Of a DNA stretch of 64,000 nt, positions 12,601-24,130 are shown piece by piece. Position numbers and translations under genes: made by a program. Source of the DNA: a virus (Duplodnaviria > Heunggongvirae > Uroviricota > Caudoviricetes). Below the pieces are notes generated by a model. That model searched no databases, had not been told where the DNA came from, and saw only the letters and a list, made by a program, of their open reading frames with translations. How positions within the stretch are numbered: position 1 is the stretch's first letter; each line of letters opens with the position of its first letter. Location: the IMG/VR virus record IMGVR_UViG_3300028805_000044; one strand, 5' to 3'.

Positions 12601-15583
12601 CAGCTATTGTAATAAGTCTTTCCTTTCTTCTTTTAGCAAAGTCTAGAGGAGATTCACCTTCTAATTGTGTATTTCTATTTATATAAGATTCAGATTCTTC
12701 ATCTTCTCCAGGAAGTAAAGAATTATAATCGTACATATCCTCATTCTTTAGAATACCCTCTTCGTCAAGCATTTTACGTATTCTTTCCCATTGTTCGCTA
12801 CCTCCCATATGGCGACTTAGAATGGGTTCCATCTATGGTTGGAGTTGCTTAAATTTATCAAATGATTTGTCAAGTTCCTCTTCTATTTTAGATGGGTCTT
12901 TTACTGCTTGTTCATAAAGTTTATCAACAAACTCTTTCATACCTCCATCAAGGAAATCATAGTCAGTATTAAATAATTGACGTGCGTACTATTTCTTTGT
13001 TAAAGGCATAAATGCTCCTACTAATTGAGGATTAATAGCAAAGAGCATTTTCTACATATATTCAAGAGAGTAATCTCCATTGAAAAATTTATCTCTTTCA
13101 AGAAGCATTTTATCAAGGTCAGCTTTTGCTCTATCAAGCTCTACAGAACCTTTACCGTCTCCAGCTGTTCTTTTTAGTTCTTCAATATGAAGTTCTTGAT
13201 TTACTATGTTCTTGGTAAGTTGTTGATAACGTCTTTGATAACCTGTTATATAGGAAGTGTCTTGTAAGTAATCCTTTAGTGCTGTATAGTTTTCATCCTA
13301 TAATACAAGTTGCTCAAACAGTTCATCTTCTGTTTTAGTAAGATGATTTTTCTGTAATATAGTCTCAATTTGTTCTATAGCCTATGTAAGTGTATTATAA
13401 GCATAATCATTTTGAGACTGATTATTTTCATCTGCTGTTAGAAATATAGATTGGACATTACCCTTTTCGTCTGTAGTTTCTTCAGTTTTATATGATAATT
13501 CAGTACTTCCTAGGTCTCCATCTTTATGTAGTCTAGCAAGTTCATCACGTATTTCTTGTCCTTTTCCTTGTCTAAGAAGAGTTAATAGTTCACCTTGTGC
13601 TTGCCTTGCTTTGAAATTTCCATCCTTTAAAGAGAATATTCCACCACCAATAGCGCCTCCTAAGAAGGACATAAGGTAACGGTCTTTAGCATTTGCCCAA
13701 GCACCTAAATCTCTTACTTCCGATAATCCATACTCCCCAGCTATTTCTCCAAGTTGCTTTACAATATCAGTTACAAGTTCTTCAGAAACCTCTTCAAGAC
13801 CTTCACCTAAAGCCTTACCAAAGAATCCAAGAGTTCCTTCTTTTATAGCTCCATGATAATCTTGAACGGCTTTCTTTCCTGCCTATATACCTTTTAAAAA
13901 GTACTTTCCAAGACCTTTACGTTCATCAGTTACTGCTGTTTTTCCAGCTTTAACAGTTACTTCTGGAGTAAGATGTGATAATTGTTCAGTAATCTTCTTA
14001 GTTTCTCCAAGAATTGCATTTCTAAAGGTAGCTCGTTCAGCTCTCTAAGCTGGATCATAAAAGATTTCACCAAGACCTAGATATTTATCAACTGACCACA
14101 TTCCTACAGTACTACCAAGAGCAAGCATTGCTGCTTCTCTTTTAGATGTACCATGAGAAAGAGCATCTTGATAAACATCACCATTAGATATAATAGCCAT
14201 ATAAGCAAGAGATAAGTCTTGTGCTATCTTTGTTCTCTTAGCTATTTGTTCCATAGCAGGAGTCACATGTTTTTGCCAAGCAGCTCCACCATAGACTGTA
14301 GACATCCATTGGTCTCCTTTAGTAAGTTCATTAAGTGCAGCTCTGTCTTTAGCACCAGTAAGTTGAGTAACACGGGACATAGCAATTTCTCCTCTTTCTC
14401 CTTGAGACATAAGAGCATTTGCTTGTTTTGTATACTCTCCAAGTGCCTTTGCTTTAGCTGCTTGTTCTGTGGCTTTATTAGCCTTCTATATTTTAGATAT
14501 GTTATTGATAACCCATTGTTGCTGTCCCCATTGTAAGGCTACATCTGAAACAAGACTACCAAAGTTTTCAAAGGAGAACATTTTTTCTTTAGCATAATCA
14601 GATGTATTACCAGTAAATTTGGCTCCTATTCCAGCTATAGTATTAACAAGAGAAGACTCAGGAATATCATTATCAAATAGTCCTGCCATTCCATATAACA
14701 TTGGAAGTGCTTTAGACATTTCTCTTGCTACCAGAGCACCAGCATAATATTGACCTGCTCCAGGAATAAACATAGGTGCTAATATTGCTACATTTTTCAT
14801 AACAGTTCCAGCTACACTCTTATCCATTCCATCAGAATCAAAGAAGTCATATTTATTAAGCCAAGAGCCATCTACTGTGAGATTATCAGTAATACTTAAT
14901 ATATCTTTATTAGCTGCAGAACGACCAGCTAATGTTTCATAGTAAGGAACTCCTCTATCATTAAGTTTCTTTTGTCCTTTATAATGTTCAACTTCTCTAC
15001 CTAGTATAGGATCGAAATGAGTTCCATTTTCATCATATGTTGCTAGAACTAAAGGATCATCAAATAATGAACCAATCCAAGCAAAAGGATTGTGAGTAAA
15101 AGCCAAATCATTAGGAGAATAGTCTCTAAATTGTCCAGTTTTGTAATCAAAAACCTTCTCTCTCTGAGCCAGTTCTCTATCTGAAAGCAATCTTTCTCCA
15201 CCTAAGTTTGGTCCTACTATACCTGTGCTTTTACGTTCTGAATTAGCAACTCTTTCAAAGCTAACACCAAAAGGTCGTATATTATCTTTCGCTTTACGGA
15301 ATGTATCAAATAATCCGTATTGGTAATTATCTAAAGAGCTTTCTGTACTAAACTCTCCAAATTCCTTTAGTTTCTATTTATAGAAATCTGTAAATTTTTG
15401 CTTTACAAAATTTCCATTACTATCCTAGAATAGAGGATTTTCCTTAATAAACTTACTTTTTAAGTACTCATCCTCTGATAACATCTAGGTATTCCCTAAG
15501 TTCATTTCTGATATATCTTTAAAATCAGCTACAGTGAAATCGGGATTATTTATACTAGCAACTATAAAATCATTTTTCCTCAT
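6608..15583 (-). CDS. Giant virion cargo/ejection protein (2991 aa) with an internal superfamily-1 helicase domain
   Basis: Starts MRKNDFIVAS at an ATGA overlap (15580-15583) and ends at TGA 6608. Nine track fragments join in frame through TAG. Gly/Ala hydrophobic segments (GKALGEGLEEVSEE, FLGGAIGGGIF) lie in the N-terminal half. Helicase motifs TGLGGAGKTS, LVIDEATH, LLGDENQ, VQGREFD and YTMISRSR lie at about 9880-10860. Confidence 0.8.
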
Positions 15584-17475
15584 TGTTCTTGTAATATATC
15601 ACTACCTATATACTGTTGTTTGTCTACTTTACCAGAAAGAATATCTTGGTAGTTACGCTCATATAATTCTCCAGATGAATGTTTAACTTGATCCCCAAAC
15701 GAGCTTACGGCAGCATTTCTATTTGGGTTAAGTGGTATATAAATGGTACCTCTATAAATATCATCATATCCACCTTCAAATAACCAACCAAGTCCCCAAT
15801 CATCTATATCTACATTATAGTTGGAATTATCTTTGTCTGTGCTAAGTGCTTTAGACATTCTATCAGCAAGAGCCTTATCGGGATTACTTACCTTTTCTAC
15901 ATATTTAGAATTAGTATCAAACTTCCATCTGTCAGTAGTATATCCAGATACCATTAAGAAAAGTCCAAATCGTCTAGGATCAAGACTCTCTGAACCGGAT
16001 AGGTATTGGTCAAGGCCCTCATTCTTAAGTCCTTTAGCAAGTTCTATTTCCCAAGCCTTAGTTCCTTTAGGGGCCTGTATTTCACTAACAATCTTTTGAT
16101 ACTTATCCATTATAGATAGGTCTACTACTTGGTTACCATATTCATCAGTAGTAGCTGGAAGTACTGCTACGTCACCTCCACCTTCTGCATACATAATATC
16201 TTTAAGATTTTCAGTAGGAATCCTTTGGTTACCCATTGTGATTCCTGCATAACTCTTAGTAATACCACCTATACCACTAGTTGCAAGTAATTCACTGATA
16301 CTCATGTCTCTTCCAACTTTATTAAGTAATGGATAATGAGTACTATTAAAGTTCATTGCTTCTTGTCCTTCTCTTGTTATAATAGTAAGTTGTCTAGAAG
16401 CACCTCCCTTTTGCTCTAACATCTATGTAAGTGGATTATCGTTCTCATCACCGGGCTCTTTAGTTGTCTTAGAAGACTCTTTCTTAGTCCCATCTGGGTT
16501 AAGAGAGACCTAAAGAGTGGGTTCAAAATTATATGTATCAGAAGTTCTAGATAATATAAGACTAGAAAGAGTTTCAGTTGGAGTGCCTCCAGTTGAATGT
16601 AAAGCAAGTAAAGTTCTTTCTTGAGGAGTGAGACTATTATAAACTGCTTTTAAAGCAAGTTGTGCTTGTTCTTTCTAATCCTTAGTAATTACAGAGTTTT
16701 TATAAAGTCCATCTACTGTTAAAGTTCCTGCTTCCATAGCATTTGTAGTCTTATCCTAAAGAAGAGCTAGTCCAGATTTTATAGCATCTGACTATTTAAC
16801 AGTATAGCCTTCTATTTTCTTTTCTGAAGTTCCAAGGTTTTGAACCAAACTATTAACTTTCTTAATAACTTGGTCCATTCCAACTCCAGTCATTGTATTA
16901 TATATAGAGTCACCAAATGGAAGTTTTGTTTGTCTAAGGTTAAGTAATTCTCTGTTGGTAAGTGCTACATAGTCACCTTTTTTAAATTCATCAAGAGTTA
17001 CAGCATCAATACCTTCTCCATCGGATACAACTACACGTCCATTTCGATCAACAGCAATTTCATCTAAACTATTATTAGCTACAAGTTCCTTACGTGCTTC
17101 TTCATAATGTTCTTTACCTTGAGCAAGCATATTAAACTTACCTATATTATTAAGATAATAACTTACTAAAGAAGAATATGATGGTTTACCACTAAAAGAA
17201 AACAAAGTATCATCTTCAAACATCTATTTAAAGTCTTTAAGAACATACTGAACATCAATAGGTAAACCCTTTACGTTATCAAATACTTTAAGGACATCCT
17301 TAATACTAAGTTCATCCTTTTCAGAACTTTTAGAAGAGCGTCCAGAACCTTCAGAAGAACTAGCAACAGCAGGAGCATAAGCCCCTGCGGTTGTACTAGC
17401 ACTTGTTGGTATATAATTTACAGCTAAAGAAGCGAATTCGCCTCCTAATTGAAATTTTTGTACTTTTATTTTCAT
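15580..17475 (-). CDS. Putative internal virion (cargo) protein, 631 aa
   Basis: Fragments 17224-17475, 16792-17223 and 15580-16422 are in one frame joined by TAG; the gap was checked and has no TAA/TGA. ATGA overlaps at both ends. N-terminus MKIKVQKFQLGG. Confidence 0.75.
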
Positions 17476-20400
17476 CTTCTTCTTCTACGTCTTGAAGGTC
17501 TTAAATCCTTAATCATACTAACGTATCTATCATTATCTCTACCTCTAGCTTTTAGTTTGGCTATTTCAAGTTTTGTTCCGTCCTTTACTTCAAGAACAGT
17601 TTTATAACCTCCTCCAAACCAAGGTGTATGATACATATTATAATAGGCTTGTGCATAGTTACCTCTAATATTTCTAAGAGCCTTAGCTTGTGCAGATCTT
17701 ACATAAGCTCTTTCTTCATCAGTAAGACTCTGTCCAGACTGATATTTGTCCATAAGAGCAGCGTACTTAGAATCGTTTTCATAAAGATCTGATTGAGCTC
17801 TTTCTTCTGGACTACCAAGTTGTATTTCCTTAGCTTTATCAACTAAGTCTTGTTCACGTTGATACTTCTTTAGTAACCAGTTACCCGTATCAGATATAGC
17901 TCCCATTAGAATATTATTGTCACCACTTCTCCAAGCAGCTCTAATTTGTGCCATCATTCTTGCTCTATCTGCTATAGCCTTTCTATTGTCATCACCAACC
18001 TTAATATTATAAAGATAATCTTCATTGTCAATATTCCAAGATTTACCTGCAGTTTCAAACTGTCTTCCAGAATCTTCCATAAAGGCCTTATCCATTACAT
18101 CACGTCCAACTCTTTCTGTCTCAAGAGCAGTAGCAAAGTTAGTTTGTTGGTCAGCGCCTTGTTGTCTTTGTTGAACTCTGCGTAAGTCTGCAAGTTCATT
18201 TTGACCATGCTTTATACGTTCTTGCCATCCAACTATAGCTAACTTCCTATCTATAGGATCACGTAGTGGAGCTTGGGGCATCTCTTTAAGAAGATTTCCG
18301 TAGATATCTCTATTTCCAAGAAGTCCTTGTATTGTTTTACCTGCTACAATAAGTGGTGTTGGATCAAATGGATTCTTTAACTTGGTAGACACTACTGTAT
18401 CTCTTCCTGTTTCAATATCTCCAGTTCCTTCACCTCCCATATCTCCAGGTTTAGCCTAAGCAGCCATTTCTTGTAAAACTGTTTCATTAGGATTTGTAGG
18501 AGAATTAGCTTGAGCAGCTCCATCTAATGGCTTTATTCTATAATATTTATCATCATAGTTATTATCCATTACATAACCTAATTCCTTTAACTTTTCATTA
18601 AAAGTATTAAGCTATTCTGGAGTCCAGTCATCTAACCTACCAAGAATACGTCTATCATCAGTTATCTAACTATAATAGCCGTCAGGCCCCCAATTTTGAT
18701 TAACATTGTCACCTGTATTTCTTGAAACCCCTTCAAAATCATAGCGAGTGCCATAATGAGGCTGTATACCAAGAGTATTAAATCCTCCAGGCTTTGTAGT
18801 AAATCCATTACCTTGATTATAAGCAACTTGATATGCATGTGTCGTATAATCACCGGAAGCCTAGGCATTAAAGTTACTTCCAGCTTTAGCATACATCTAG
18901 GAATGTTGATCTTGCATACCATTTAGCCAATCAACAGCTGCCTATCTATCACTTCCTTCTAGATCTTTAAGTCTATTTATAATAGTATCGCCATATCCAC
19001 TAAATACATCATTATACCAAGTACCTGCATTAGAACTTAACTTTACACCCTTTACTGCTTTAATAATACCTCCATTTCTTAAAGCATAAAGAATACCTCC
19101 AATTTCATGTTTTCTTCTCTTATGCTTCTTCTTTGATTGTGGATTAGGTTGCGCTTTAGGTTGTTCTGTTGGTCTAGCAGCATATTTTTCTCCAGTTGGA
19201 TAAGGCTATACCTTAGAAGTTGTATTATGTATATTTAAAGGAGAATCTGCTGGGAATATATACAGTTTACTATAATCTCTCTTAGGAACTATAGGTTGAT
19301 TTCTTCCAGAATAATAAGCTTTATAAGGATTTATTCTAGTTAGAATACCTCTTATATCAACAGAAGGATTAGCATTTTCTGCTTTCTATACTAAGTTTTC
19401 ATCGCTAAACCAACCTTTATGTTTATTTTGTACTTCTATTGTAGTTCTACCGGGTACCTCTTTAAAGGCTCCAAATCTAGTAGAAGTATTCCAAGGAGCA
19501 AAACGTGTTTGATTTAAAGTGACTCCTTGTCCCATAAGTTCTTCAGTGAGAGCTTGTCTAGCTTTTGTTCCTCTTGTTTCTCTTAATTTCTTAAATGTTT
19601 CATCAGAAACCTTCTGCTTACCTTTATTTGTATATATATAATGTTCAGGTTCTGTAGTTGTAGTAGTCTTAGTCATCCCTGCCTTTTTAACTTTAGTAGC
19701 AACAGAACGTCCGTGTCCAGTCATTATTTGTAATGCTTGTGAAACATTCTACCAGTCTTGCACACTCATACTAGATGGAGAAGTAAGTTTCATAATAGAA
19801 TTCTTTATTTCTCCAGCATTAGCAAGACCATTAACTGTGTTTACCCACTACATCATTTTAGGAACTGCCCACATAAGATTTCTTGCTATCTTAGCACTCT
19901 TTCCTACACCACCAAGACCAGGAATAAGTCCCATAACATCAGCAGCAAGTCCAAATCCAGCATTTTTAGTAGCGTTCCATAGTCCAGCTCCATCTGCTAG
20001 ATCAGCACCAAAGTTAGTAGCTGTACTTCCAAGTCCAAGAACTGCAGAAGCAGCAGTACCGTATCCAGGAACAAAAGCAGCTCCCATAGAGGTTATATCT
20101 GCTATAGTAGCAGCTATTCTAGCAGTTTCTGAATTAGAGAACTAAGAATTTTCTTCTTTTGTTTCTTTCTTAGGAGCAGGTTTCTATACTGGTTTAGGAT
20201 TATTTACTTCATCCCAAGAAGAGAAATCAAATCCACCACCTTGTTGTAAGAATTCAATTTTACCTCCTTCCTTCTAAGATGGAATAGTATAATTAAGCTG
20301 TTGTGCTATATAAGGATTACCAGTATCAAGTAAGTTTGCTTCTTTTATACCTTGTCCAGGTACATAGAATGCATATCTACCTGTAGAATTATCAAGACTT

Positions 20401-21536
20401 CCATTTATAAGATATTGGTTATCTCCAATCTATGTAAAGTACTTTTGCCAGTTAAAGGCAGACTTCTATACAGGATTTCCTGCATCATCCTTAGTATTAT
20501 ATGTAGAGAATAATCTAGCTAGATAGTTAGACATTCTATTTCTATTTTCTTCTCCTAAATCATATATACCTTTCCAGCCAGTAGCAAAAGTAGAGAAGTA
20601 ATTATCAAGTTCTTTCTATTGTTGACTTACAAAATCATTAGCAATACGTTCACGAGATCTTCTTTCAAATCCAGGATTAAAAGCGGCTACCGGTCCCGAA
20701 TATTGGAATCTATTGAGATCAAGATTATTTTGTAAAGCCTAATCAAAATTATAAGTAGATGGAGTTAAAGCATATTCATGAATTCCTTTATTACTACTAT
20801 AATTAAGATATTGTCTTCCTTGTTGTACTTGTTGAGCTTCTTGTTGTGCAGCTATTTGTTCTTGTACTTGTTGTAGTTCAGATTTAGGTTCTTCCTCAGG
20901 AACTTCTTCAACTGGTTTTGTTATCCAATTTCTATTGTCAAAACCAAGTCTCTGAAGGTTTCTTTCTGTAGGACTATCTAAAAAGGTTTGTATTCTACTT
21001 TCTAAGTCAGCTCTATCTTTATAGCCCTCATATCCTGTATATGCACCAAGTCCATTCTTTTCTTGTTCTAAGAACTTTTTAATTTCAGCAATACGACTTG
21101 CATCATCTCCTTCTGCCCAGTAAGCTTTCTCATTAAACTTACCTGAAGGATTTAAATATTTTAACCAGTTCTACTGTAATGTAGTAGTTCCGTACTTTTT
21201 CTCTTCTAATGGTGTAGGTGCTTTAATTTGGGTTCTTGCTAGTTTACCCATAAAGCCTAGAGCACGTTGATATGCTTCCTACATATGCTTATCTTCTCTA
21301 TTTAATGCTGAACCGAATTGATACTAACCATCAGCAGTACGGTTCAGCATATCACCAGTGGCAATACGTCTACGAAGATCCTGAAAGGCTTGTCTTAGTA
21401 AGGTAGTTCTGTGTTTATTAGCAGCACTTCCATACATAGAAATAAACTCTTCCTATTTAGAATCAATATCACGTAGCCATTGGTCTTTATCGATACTTCC
21501 GGTACCGAAGTCAAATAAGTTTTTGTTGTCTGGCAT
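17472..21536 (-). CDS. Putative ejection/cargo protein with hydrophobic Gly/Ala helices, 1354 aa
   Basis: Starts MPDNKNLFDFGTG just after a terminator. Joins fragments 19848-20087, 19386-19724 and 17472-18440 through TAG. Contains the membrane-like segment AFVPGYGTAASAVLGLGS...LIPGLGGVGK and ends PSRRRRRR-TGA. Confidence 0.75.
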
Positions 21537-21548
21537 ATGTTATATAAT

Positions 21549-21581
21549 AAAAATGGGACACACGAGTTAACGCATGCCCCA
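21549..21581 (-). terminator. Intrinsic terminator-like hairpin
   Basis: Minus strand reads UGGGGCAUGCG-UUAACU-CGUGUGUCCCA then UUUUU: an 11-bp stem with G-U pairs, directly after the TGA at 21591. Confidence 0.75.
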
Positions 21582-21590
21582 ATTCAGTTA

Positions 21591-21914
21591 TCATTTCTTT
21601 ATGAGTCTAGCGAATTTACCGCCTTTCTTATAAACAGGCTCGCCCTGTGGTTCTGGTTGCTGTTCAGCACCACCTTGCTGCTGTGCTAACTGAACAAAGG
21701 CTTGGCATACAGCCATTGCTGCTTGGCAATCTTGACTCTGTAGAGCCTGCATACTCATCTGAACTAATTGTTGTAGTGGATCTTGACCTCCAGCCTCAGG
21801 ACCTCCCTCTGCTGGTGCTCCAGCTGGTGCTCCACCTGCTTCAGGTGCGCCTGCTGGTACTTCTTGTGGAGGCATAGCTCCACCTTCTTGGAATTTCAAT
21901 GTTTTAAATTTCAT
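21591..21914 (-). CDS. Small Gln/Ala/Gly/Pro-rich protein, 107 aa, probable abundant virion cargo
   Basis: Complete ORF ending in TGA. Begins MKFKTLKFQEGG and ends YKKGGKFARLIKK. About 18 Gln codons, none TAG. Confidence 0.8.
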   Translation of the reverse strand: MKFKTLKFQEGGAMPPQEVPAGAPEAGGAPAGAPAEGGPEAGGQDPLQQLVQMSMQALQSQDCQAAMAVCQAFVQLAQQQGGAEQQPEPQGEPVYKKGGKFARLIKK

Positions 21915-21948
21915 AAATCAGATAGTTTAATTAAACTCTTAAGTACAG

Positions 21949-21980
21949 TGAATATAGATATTTATTTATCTATCTACAAA
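21949..21980 (-). promoter_or_regulatory. Possible Bacteroidota-type promoter for the 107-aa gene
   Basis: TTTG-N20-TATATTCA against the consensus TTTG-N19-21-TAnnTTTG (two mismatches in the -7 box). The spacer holds a weak inverted repeat ATAGATA-N6-TATCTAT (21954-21973). Confidence 0.3.
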
Positions 21981-22002
21981 TAGGTTAACACTTTTTAAGA
22001 AG

Positions 22003-22575
22003 TCAATCTTTCTTATTAGGTTTCTCTACGTATTCAGGCTCTCGAGAATCTTGTTTCTTAAATACCTTAAATATATAACGTCCTAAAGCTTTATAATCTT
22101 TATCGTTATGACTTTCTCTTGCTCTATAAGCCTTAGATATAATAACTTTAGTTTCTCTTCTAGATACTATTCTCTCACCTCCTTCTAATTCCATCTAAGT
22201 AGAACCATCAGGTGCAAGTACTCTCATAGTTGGAGCTTTATCATCAAGAAATTCAAGAGTGTCACCTACTTGTATTCCAGAACCTTGATTTACTTCTACT
22301 ACATAAAGAGTATCTTCATGTCCTAATAAAGTTGGATCGTTAGGCTGTCCTTGTTCAACAGCGATAACTTCCTAGTCACTATTTATAAATATAATATCAA
22401 GTGGAATTGGAGTATCTTTCATCCACATTTCTACAAGGTCAGGTTCTTCAAAATAAAAGATCATTCCCTAGTCAGCAGGTAGCTCTGTTACTCCTTGTAG
22501 ACCATCTCTTCTTTCTTTATATGAGGCAGCTTCTTCTACCTTATACTATTTATTTCCAATACTAATATTAATCAT
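22003..22575 (-). CDS. DUF192-family protein with C-terminal extension, 190 aa
   Basis: Read-through gives MINISIGNK[Q]YKVEEA...GLQGVTELPAD[Q]GMIFYFEEPDLVEMWMKDTPIPLDIIFI, where [Q] marks TAG. The GMxFxF and WMKDTxxPLDIIF motifs are characteristic of DUF192. Ends at TGA 22003. Confidence 0.85.
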
Positions 22576-24130
22576 AACGCTGCTTCCATATATCAAAATG
22601 ATGTTTCCACTATTTAGAATCTTTATACTTTTCTGTAAATGTTAAAGCGTCTTTCTCATTATCAAAAGAGATTACATTATTCTATTTTAATGCAGTATCA
22701 AAAGCCTCTTTCCAATCTGGAATATATTGAAGTCTTCCTTCTTTCATTTGAATCTGAGGAAATACTAAGTACTTACCATCTTTTTCTGTATAACCAAGAA
22801 GATGGGTACCTTTTCTCCTTTGTCCTTTTTCATCATCAAATTCAGCATATCCCATATTAGGACCTATACGTTGAACAAACAAAGGATTTACCTGAATTGC
22901 GTAGTCAACAAGCTATTCTATAGACTTACCAGAGTTTATTACTCCTCCTTGTTGAAAAGCTTGATGCTAAGCTACTATTTCTTCTGGAGTTTGTACTTTC
23001 TTTTCAGGTTCTAACTATTTAAGAAGACCAGTTCTATCATCAGTATTCTCGAATATTTCTTTAACAAGGAGTTTGCCTGCTTCAATAGCTGCATTATCAG
23101 AACCGTCTTCCATTAATTTTTCAAGTTCTTGAGTAACTTCTAAAGTAAATATTATTTCATTAAGTTCTATCTCGGCTTGTTGTTCAAGTTCTCCACCCTC
23201 CATCTCGGATACTACAGGAATACCTTTTTTAGTAAGGCCTTCTGCATTTTCCATATGATGAAGACGTGCATGTAATGAACCTTCAGGAATAACATTCATT
23301 TTACCTCCTTCTTTGAATTCAGGAACTTCATCTTCTAATTCAGTAAGAGTATCAAGAACTTTAGGAGCATTTAAAATGGAATGTACTTTATCTAAAATTT
23401 CTATCTTAAGTCCAAGACGTCCAAATGAAATATTTCCGAAACCTCCATTTAGAATTCTCATAGTACGTTCATTCCATCTATCTCCCATCTAAGCAGTTAA
23501 TAATTCGTTAGTCTTCTGCTTACCCATTATCTATTGTAATATAGACATTTGTCTATTGGCATCATAGATTTTATTGTTTAAAGAACTTTTAGAAGTAAAA
23601 AGACCAGCTCTTTGTCCAGATAAAGATTTAGCTTCGTCCCAGTCTTCCATAAAGTCTCCGTAACCTCCACTGGTTCTAGCGAGAGTATCTTCAGTGTCTT
23701 GGTTATTAACTACACTTGCTAATTTAGATGCACCTAATGAGTCTATAGCATTAAATGCAAATTTAGCAGCCGTAGCATATAATCCAATTGGACCTGGTAT
23801 ATTAGAGGCAGCTCCTAAAACTCCATTTACTACATCAGTACCTTTAGAAGTTATTCTTTTAGGAAGAAGGGACTCCCCTATGTTAGCCGCCATAGATACG
23901 AGTCCCGAAGTACCTCCCATTCCTTCAAAAGCTTTTCCTAAGACACTCTTTCCTGCCTTAGATGCTCCACTTCCAAATATATTTCCTAAAGCAGATGATC
24001 CACCACCTAATATACCTCCCAAGCCGGTTGAAAGTTTAGGTTCCATTGCTGGAGTCTATAATTTTAAATCCATAGCTCCTATATTGCCAGTATTAAGACC
24101 CCATTGTCCTTTTCTAATTAACTTACGCAT
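22568..24130 (-). CDS. Putative virion cargo protein, 520 aa
   Basis: Fragments 23531-24046, 23015-23488 and 22682-22882 join in frame through TAG. Starts MRKLIRKGQWG overlapping the upstream gene and ends TAA 22568 overlapping the DUF192 start. Gly-rich hydrophobic N-terminus; EGGE and FKEGG motifs. Confidence 0.75.

Noticed and set aside
1-15583. Group I introns or inteins in the giant genes, as found in some crAss groups
   Set aside because: The reading frames are continuous, and no homing-endonuclease or intein splice motifs were recognised by eye.
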